Assembly (NCBI GenBank): GCA_934646175.1
Contig: CAKUEI010000001.1
Coordinates: 1 to 53,066 of the forward strand
From: an uncultured Oscillospiraceae bacterium
GTDB lineage: Bacteria > Bacillota > Clostridia > Oscillospirales > Oscillospiraceae
Reading direction: 5' to 3'
Length of the DNA: 53,066 nt
Each line of letters starts with the position of its first letter. Position 1 is the first letter of the stretch. The notes under the pieces were generated by a model, which was given only the letters and a program-made list of their open reading frames with translations, was not told the DNA's origin and searched no databases. This document shows positions 48,178-53,066 of the stretch, piece after piece. A program made the position numbers and the translations under genes.

Positions 48178-49017
48178 TTATGCCCGCAGCTTCCGCAGGG
48201 GAAAGGTGACCAGAAAGATGGCGGCCAGATACAACGTGATTGCCGCACCGGCGGAAGCGCCGATGTAATAAGAGGTCATCAGTCCCGCAATGCCGGAAAA
48301 TACGGCGAAGATCAGGGAAAAGAGATGATACTGACGCAGATTCCGCGCCACATTGCGGGCCGCTGCCGCTGGGAGCACCAGCAGGGAATTGATCACCAGC
48401 AGCCCCACCCACGTCATGGAAATGGTCACCACCACGGCGATGGCGGCGGAAAATAAAGCCTGCTGCCAGAAAACCTTGATGCCGCGGCTGTCGGCCAGCG
48501 CGGGATGCACGGCGGAGAGCATCAGCTTGTTAAACGAGCACAGCCACAGGATCACCACCAACAGCAGAATGACGGCCAGCAGACCAATCTTGGACGGCTC
48601 TACGCTCAGAATATCGCCGATGAGCAGGGCGTTGAACTTGGTGAAGCTTCTCCCGCCCAGGGTGGAGATAAAGATACCAAGGGCCACCGCGGTGGAGGAG
48701 AACACACCGATGACGGTATCGCTGGACAGGTTGGCCCGCCGCTGCACAAAGGAGAACAGCAGGGCGAAAGCGATGGCGAACACCACCGCGCACCACAGAG
48801 GGTCCGCAAGGCCGCACAGGGCGCCGATGGCCATGCCAGTAAAGGCGCTGTGCCCCAGCGCGTCGGAGAAAAAGGACATCCGGCTCTGCACCACCATGGT
48901 GGAGAGAATGCCGAACAGCGGCGTTACCACCAGCACGGCCAGCAGCGCGTTTTTCATAAAAGACATGGCAGCCCATTCGAAGGGAAGGGCATTTAAGACC
49001 GCATACCAAACGTTCAT
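48178..49017 (-). CDS. znuB: Metal (zinc/manganese) ABC transporter permease
   Basis: 279 aa polytopic protein. The FFSDALGHSAFTGMA block is typical of the ABC-3 family. Confidence 0.88.
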   Translation of the reverse strand: MNVWYAVLNALPFEWAAMSFMKNALLAVLVVTPLFGILSTMVVQSRMSFFSDALGHSAFTGMAIGALCGLADPLWCAVVFAIAFALLFSFVQRRANLSSDTVIGVFSSTAVALGIFISTLGGRSFTKFNALLIGDILSVEPSKIGLLAVILLLVVILWLCSFNKLMLSAVHPALADSRGIKVFWQQALFSAAIAVVVTISMTWVGLLVINSLLVLPAAAARNVARNLRQYHLFSLIFAVFSGIAGLMTSYYIGASAGAAITLYLAAIFLVTFPLRKLRA

Positions 49018-49787
49018 TCCCTGCCGCCTCCTTTCCCAATGTGAAGATGAAAGACCTCCTGAAATTCCGGAGAGGAGAGCACCTGCTCCGGTGTTCCGGT
49101 TTTCAGGACCTTGTGCTTTAAGAGCAGAACCTGATCGGCATACTGCTCCAGCGTGGCAAAATCGTGGGTGGAGAGCAGAATGGAAAGGTCGAACTGATTG
49201 CGCACCTCGTCCAGCATCTCCAGCAGCTGATGTTCACCTGCAATGTCCACGCCGGACAGTGGCTCGTCCAGAATCAGCACATGGGGGACTGGTTCCAGCG
49301 CCATGGCCAGCAGGACCCGCTGCAGCTCACCGCCGGACAGGGCCCCGATGCGTTTATCGATCAGCGCGCCGCCGTGTACCCGCTCCAGACACTCCATCAC
49401 CCGGCTGCGCAGTGCCTTTCCGGGGGGGAGGAATACGGGCCGTTTGGAGATGGCGGCGGAGAAAAAGTCCAGAACGCTGATGGGGTCACCCCGGTCGAAG
49501 GCCGGGCTTTGGGGCACATAGCCCACCAACGGGCGCGTGCGCTTTCCGCCGGAGCGCTCGAAGTGGATGCTGCCGCTGTGGGGAATTTGTCCCAAAATCG
49601 CCTTGAACAGCGTGGATTTTCCTGCGCCGTTGGGGCCGATCAGGGCCACGATCTGCCCGCAGTGCATATGAAGATTGACATCGGATAAAATCTGCATCCC
49701 GTCGCCCGCAGTGACACAGAGACCCTGCACCCGCAGGCAGCAGGCGGAGTGGCAGCCTGCCCCGTGGTGAAATAGATGCGCACTCAT
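49014..49787 (-). CDS. znuC: Metal ABC transporter ATP-binding protein
   Basis: GPNGAGKST, LSGGELQR and LILDEPLSGVD motifs. The N-terminus is His/Cys-rich (HLFHHGAGCHSACC). Start and stop overlap the neighbouring genes. Confidence 0.88.
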   Translation of the reverse strand: MSAHLFHHGAGCHSACCLRVQGLCVTAGDGMQILSDVNLHMHCGQIVALIGPNGAGKSTLFKAILGQIPHSGSIHFERSGGKRTRPLVGYVPQSPAFDRGDPISVLDFFSAAISKRPVFLPPGKALRSRVMECLERVHGGALIDKRIGALSGGELQRVLLAMALEPVPHVLILDEPLSGVDIAGEHQLLEMLDEVRNQFDLSILLSTHDFATLEQYADQVLLLKHKVLKTGTPEQVLSSPEFQEVFHLHIGKGGGRE

Positions 49788-50737
49788 CCTTTCTGCACCT
49801 CCTTGCAGCCGAGAGAATCGGTCAAAATCTTGATATTGTGGTCCATAGCCTCGAGATAAGGCATCAGACCGGTGCCCGTTCCGCTCATAATCATGGTAAG
49901 AGACGCGGTTTTGATCCCGGTCTCCCGGGCGATGGCCGTTGCCGTAGTGTCACTCCCGTTTTCCTCCGTGAAGATCACGGGAATGTCATGGGTCTCGATG
50001 AGAGAGATGATCTCGCGGATCTCCGCGGCGCTTGCCTCGCTGCCAGCCTCTTCTTCGATGGCTTTCAGCACCATAAGACCAAACGCGTCCGCCAGATAGG
50101 AGAATCCATCGTGAAAGGTAATCAGCTCTCGGCAGGAAAGGTTGGCACCAGAAAGCATATCGGCCCACTTCTGCGCATAGGTATCCAACTGTGCCCGGGC
50201 CGCGTCGAAATGAGCACGGTAGGCCGCACTATGAGCCGGGTCGGCCTCGGAAAGCCCGTTGCAGATATCCTCCAGCATGATCTTTGCCCGCTGGGGGTCC
50301 AGCCAGAAGTGAGGGTCAAACTCCTCTTCGTGGTCATGCTCCTCATGGCCGTGATGATGCTCATCCTCCTGGGAAGGGAGCAGGGCGACGCCCTCCGAGC
50401 AGTCGATGACCACAGCGTCGGTCACCTCCAGCGCGTCGTCCATAAATTCCTCCAGTCCTGCGCCGTTCAGAACCAACACATCCGCCTGTTCAATGGCTTT
50501 CATGGCGGTGACGGTGAGGGTATAGTCGTGCAGGCAGGAGATTTGATCGGTCACCAGCTGGGTGACCTCCACTCCCTCCACCCCGTCGGTCAGCGCCGTG
50601 GTGAACAGGTAGAGGGGATAGGTGGTTGCCGCAATGCGCAGGGTGACGCCGTCGTCCGTGTCCCGCTTTCCGCAGGATGCGCACAGGGAAAGAAGAAGTA
50701 GCCCACAGAGCAGCGCGGCAGCAATTCGTTTTTTCAT
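49784..50737 (-). CDS. znuA: Metal ABC transporter substrate-binding lipoprotein with a His/Glu-rich loop (ZnuA-like)
   Basis: Lipobox LSLCASCG. Acidic His-rich loop EDEHHHGHEEHDHEEEFDPHFW. 317 aa. Confidence 0.88.
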   Translation of the reverse strand: MKKRIAAALLCGLLLLSLCASCGKRDTDDGVTLRIAATTYPLYLFTTALTDGVEGVEVTQLVTDQISCLHDYTLTVTAMKAIEQADVLVLNGAGLEEFMDDALEVTDAVVIDCSEGVALLPSQEDEHHHGHEEHDHEEEFDPHFWLDPQRAKIMLEDICNGLSEADPAHSAAYRAHFDAARAQLDTYAQKWADMLSGANLSCRELITFHDGFSYLADAFGLMVLKAIEEEAGSEASAAEIREIISLIETHDIPVIFTEENGSDTTATAIARETGIKTASLTMIMSGTGTGLMPYLEAMDHNIKILTDSLGCKEVQKG

Positions 50738-50757
50738 TTGGTACCTCCAGAAAACTG

Positions 50758-50795
50758 TAACAATTTATTATAGACGAAAAGCCGCCATTTGTAAA
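50758..50795 (-). promoter_or_regulatory. znuACB promoter with an overlapping AT-rich palindrome (candidate Zur-type operator)
   Basis: Minus strand reads TTTACA (50790-50795), 17-nt spacer, TATAAT (50767-50772). The palindrome taacaatttatta (50758-50770, 6-1-6 with one mismatched pair) overlaps the -10 and TSS region. Confidence 0.45.
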
Positions 50796-50838
50796 ATAGA
50801 ACTGTCCATTTTTTGGGGGGGAAAATTGGGAAAGTACA

Positions 50839-50866
50839 TTGCAATTTGCACGGAATGGGCTATAAT
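50839..50866 (+). promoter_or_regulatory. Candidate promoter of the SGNH lipoprotein gene
   Basis: TTGCAA (50839-50844), 16-nt spacer, TATAAT (50861-50866). Confidence 0.65.
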
Positions 50867-50915
50867 ATCAGTCTGTGACAGAGAAGTTTGTGCATGGAAA
50901 CAGGAGGAATTCACT

Positions 50916-51653
50916 GTGAAACAGTTTCATTGGAAAGGGCTTGCCGCCGGTGCGCTGGCCTGCGCCCTGCTTGTGGGCCTGACCGCGTGCAGAAGCCAGG
51001 ATTCATCCGAGACGGTCGGTCCCACCCCCACACAGACGCCAGTGCAGACACAATCCGCCGCACCGGAGACCACGCCTGCCGAAACGGAAACGCCCCCGGC
51101 GGAAGCGACCCCATCCGCGCAGGAAAGTTCTTCGACTGCTTCTGCTAAACAGCCGGAAGACAGCGGGGAAGCGGAAACGACGGGGGACTACAGCGGTGTG
51201 ACCGCCATCGGGGATTCCGTCATGCTGGGCGCCAAGGATGAGATGGAAAAGTCCATGAAGGGTATCATGGTGGAAGCGTCCGAGTCCCGCCAGATCTGGA
51301 GCGGAAAGGATGTGGCGGAAGAGCTGGCCGCCAAGGGAAAACTGGGGAACACCGTCATCCTCGCCCTGGGCACCAACGGGACCTTTAAGAAAAGCACCGC
51401 CCGCGAGCTGTTGGACTATTTCGGCGCGGACCGCACCATTTACTGGGTGACGGCTTACGGCTCCAAGCTGTCCTGGCAGGATCAGGTGAACGAGACCATT
51501 GAAGAAGTGAGCGCGGAATATGATAACGTACATATTCTGCATTGGGATGAGGTCGGTCCGCAGCATGCCGACTGGTTCTATAAGGACGGACTTCACCTGA
51601 ACGGCGCCGGGCGCAAGGGCTATGCGCAGTTTTTGAAGGACAATATTGGCTGA
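50916..51653 (+). CDS. SGNH/GDSL-type hydrolase lipoprotein with a Pro/Thr/Glu-rich linker
   Basis: GTG 50916 lies 8 nt after AGGAGG. Lipobox LVGLTAC. Block I is IGDSVMLG and block V is DGLHLN. The ORF-track start at 50622 overlaps znuA on the opposite strand and is not credible. Confidence 0.8.
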   Translation: MKQFHWKGLAAGALACALLVGLTACRSQDSSETVGPTPTQTPVQTQSAAPETTPAETETPPAEATPSAQESSSTASAKQPEDSGEAETTGDYSGVTAIGDSVMLGAKDEMEKSMKGIMVEASESRQIWSGKDVAEELAAKGKLGNTVILALGTNGTFKKSTARELLDYFGADRTIYWVTAYGSKLSWQDQVNETIEEVSAEYDNVHILHWDEVGPQHADWFYKDGLHLNGAGRKGYAQFLKDNIG

Positions 51654-51706
51654 AAAAAGAAGGACGGCGGCGCAGAGCTCTGCGCCGCCGTCCTTTTTCC
51701 TTTTTC
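51654..51706. terminator. Bidirectional rho-independent terminator
   Basis: Perfect 36-nt palindrome aaggacggcggcgcagag|ctctgcgccgccgtcctt with A- and T-runs on either side. Confidence 0.9.
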
Positions 51707-53066
51707 TTATTTCCCGGCGTAATAGTTGATGAGGCAGCCGGCCAGAATGATGTCCCGCTCTTCCCGGGTGAGGCCGGGCAGGTGCAGGGTGACCTTCGTC
51801 TCTTTACCGTTCTGAGTCAGCACGGCGGAGACCTCCTCGCCGTCGCCCAGCAGCACCTGACGGATCTGAGGCAGGTACAGCTTGTCACCGGGGGCGATGG
51901 ACAAAGCGGCGATGTCATCCACGATGAAGGGCAGCATGCCCCAGTTCACCACGTTGGAACGGTAACGCTTGGTGGCGTATTCCCCGGCCAGATTGGCCAC
52001 GCCGCCCAGCACGCGCTGGCAGGAGGCCGCCTGCTCACGGGCGGAGCCGTCACCGGGCTTCAGGGCCATGACCACGCTGCCAAGACCGGTGTCCGCCGCG
52101 GAATGGCCCATGAGGGCTTCCTGTACCAGAGCATCCTCCGGAGAGGTGCGGCGCAGCTTTTCCAGAGCCAAAATTTCCTTGGCACGGGGGACATACTGGG
52201 GGTCCTTCCGGCTCAGGGCAAATTCCGAGAGCTTCATGGGGTTGGAACGGTAAGAAGAAGTCTCGCCGGAGGGGATCAGCTCGTCCGTAGTGGTCACGGG
52301 GTCATAAATGGCGGCGCACACTGTCAGCAGCAGGTTTTCCGGCAGGGCGATCTGCTCGGGCCAGTCGGCGATGTTGGGGCCGAACACCAGCTTCTGCTCC
52401 TGCTGGGGCTTGCCCACGCCGTAGTAGACACGGGAGCGGTAAGCGCTTTCGTCATAGTGGAATTCCTCCACCGCCGGGTCGGCGGGAGGCTCCGGTAGTT
52501 CCGTGGCCGCAGTCAGCAGGCCGCCGTTCAGGGCAGTGGCGGCGATGGAACGGGCATCCATCAATGCAACATAGGCCAGCTGGCCGTTGGCGGGCTTGCT
52601 GCCTTCGCGGTTGGGGAAATTGCGGGTGGAATGGCGGATGGAGAAGGCGCCATTGGCAGGAACATCGCCTGCGCCGAAGCACGGCCCGCAGAAGCAGGAG
52701 CGGATGGTGGCACCCGACGCCATGAGAGAGGGGATGACGCCCTGCTTCATCAGCTCCATATAGGTGGGCTGGCTGGCCGGATAGCAGGACAGCCAGAACC
52801 GGTCGGAGCCGATGGGGGCGCCGTGGAGGATCTCGGCGGTGCGCAGCAGGTTCTGATAGGTGCCGCCGGAGCAGCCGGCGATAACGCCCTGATCCACATG
52901 GAACTGACCGTTGACGATCTTATTCTCCAGCGGGGCGGGGGGCATTTTCAGCTCGAACTGACGCATGGTGTCCTCGTCTACCTGATGGAGAATGTCACGC
53001 ATATTCTCCTTGAAGGTGCGGATGGTGAAGGCGTTGGAGGGGTGGAAGGGCAGGGCGATCATAGGC
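51707..53066 (-). CDS. Aconitase-family hydratase (aconitate hydratase-like), 5'-truncated by the window edge
   Basis: The frame is open to the window end. Fe-S ligand region IRSCFCGPCFG, and swivel-domain motif GDGSAREQAASCQR. Confidence 0.85.
   Translation of the reverse strand, partial: PMIALPFHPSNAFTIRTFKENMRDILHQVDEDTMRQFELKMPPAPLENKIVNGQFHVDQGVIAGCSGGTYQNLLRTAEILHGAPIGSDRFWLSCYPASQPTYMELMKQGVIPSLMASGATIRSCFCGPCFGAGDVPANGAFSIRHSTRNFPNREGSKPANGQLAYVALMDARSIAATALNGGLLTAATELPEPPADPAVEEFHYDESAYRSRVYYGVGKPQQEQKLVFGPNIADWPEQIALPENLLLTVCAAIYDPVTTTDELIPSGETSSYRSNPMKLSEFALSRKDPQYVPRAKEILALEKLRRTSPEDALVQEALMGHSAADTGLGSVVMALKPGDGSAREQAASCQRVLGGVANLAGEYATKRYRSNVVNWGMLPFIVDDIAALSIAPGDKLYLPQIRQVLLGDGEEVSAVLTQNGKETKVTLHLPGLTREERDIILAGCLINYYAGK

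Overview
High-GC chromosomal window, probably from an anaerobic Clostridia-type Firmicute (inferred from SLH wall proteins, rubrerythrin, a glycyl radical enzyme, PyrK/PyrD-B and the DapL pathway). It is mostly core metabolism: about 46 protein-coding genes, one tRNA-Pro(GGG), and many clear rho-independent terminators and sigma-70-like promoters. I saw no rRNA, CRISPR array, IS element, transposase or phage genes. In map order:
- a 5'-truncated SLH surface protein
- a glycyl radical enzyme with no adjacent activase
- an FHA-RodA/FtsW fusion with a short class B PBP
- a frameshifted PfkB sugar kinase
- a URO-D family protein
- an ABC-F ATPase
- a same-strand nitrogen block: glnA, ANTAR pseudo-receiver regulator, dapF, dapL, gltB, gltD, glmS
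- a five-gene Opp/Dpp-type ABC transporter
- LURP-one-like gene, ppa and an Rrf2 regulator
- an AT-richer gene remnant next to tRNA-Pro
- a TPR / NTase-DUF4037-like / DUF4125-like module
- pyrC-pyrF-pyrK-pyrD, a histidine-phosphatase::GNAT fusion and ygiQ
- rubrerythrin, a CHAP-SLH amidase, yqeG, a TIM-barrel protein, pepP, efp and an acidic zinc-ribbon protein
- znuACB, an SGNH lipoprotein and a 5'-truncated aconitase-family gene

The most interesting signal is regulatory. Hairpins with the hexaloop AAAGGC overlap the 5' arm of terminators in the glnA leader and immediately upstream of gltB; at gltB this is a clean ANTAR-type dual hairpin, at glnA the second hairpin is weak. The ANTAR protein encoded between them has a degenerate receiver domain. 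This suggests one antitermination-gated nitrogen supra-operon. The many long ORFs antisense to real genes are high-GC shadow ORFs and were rejected.
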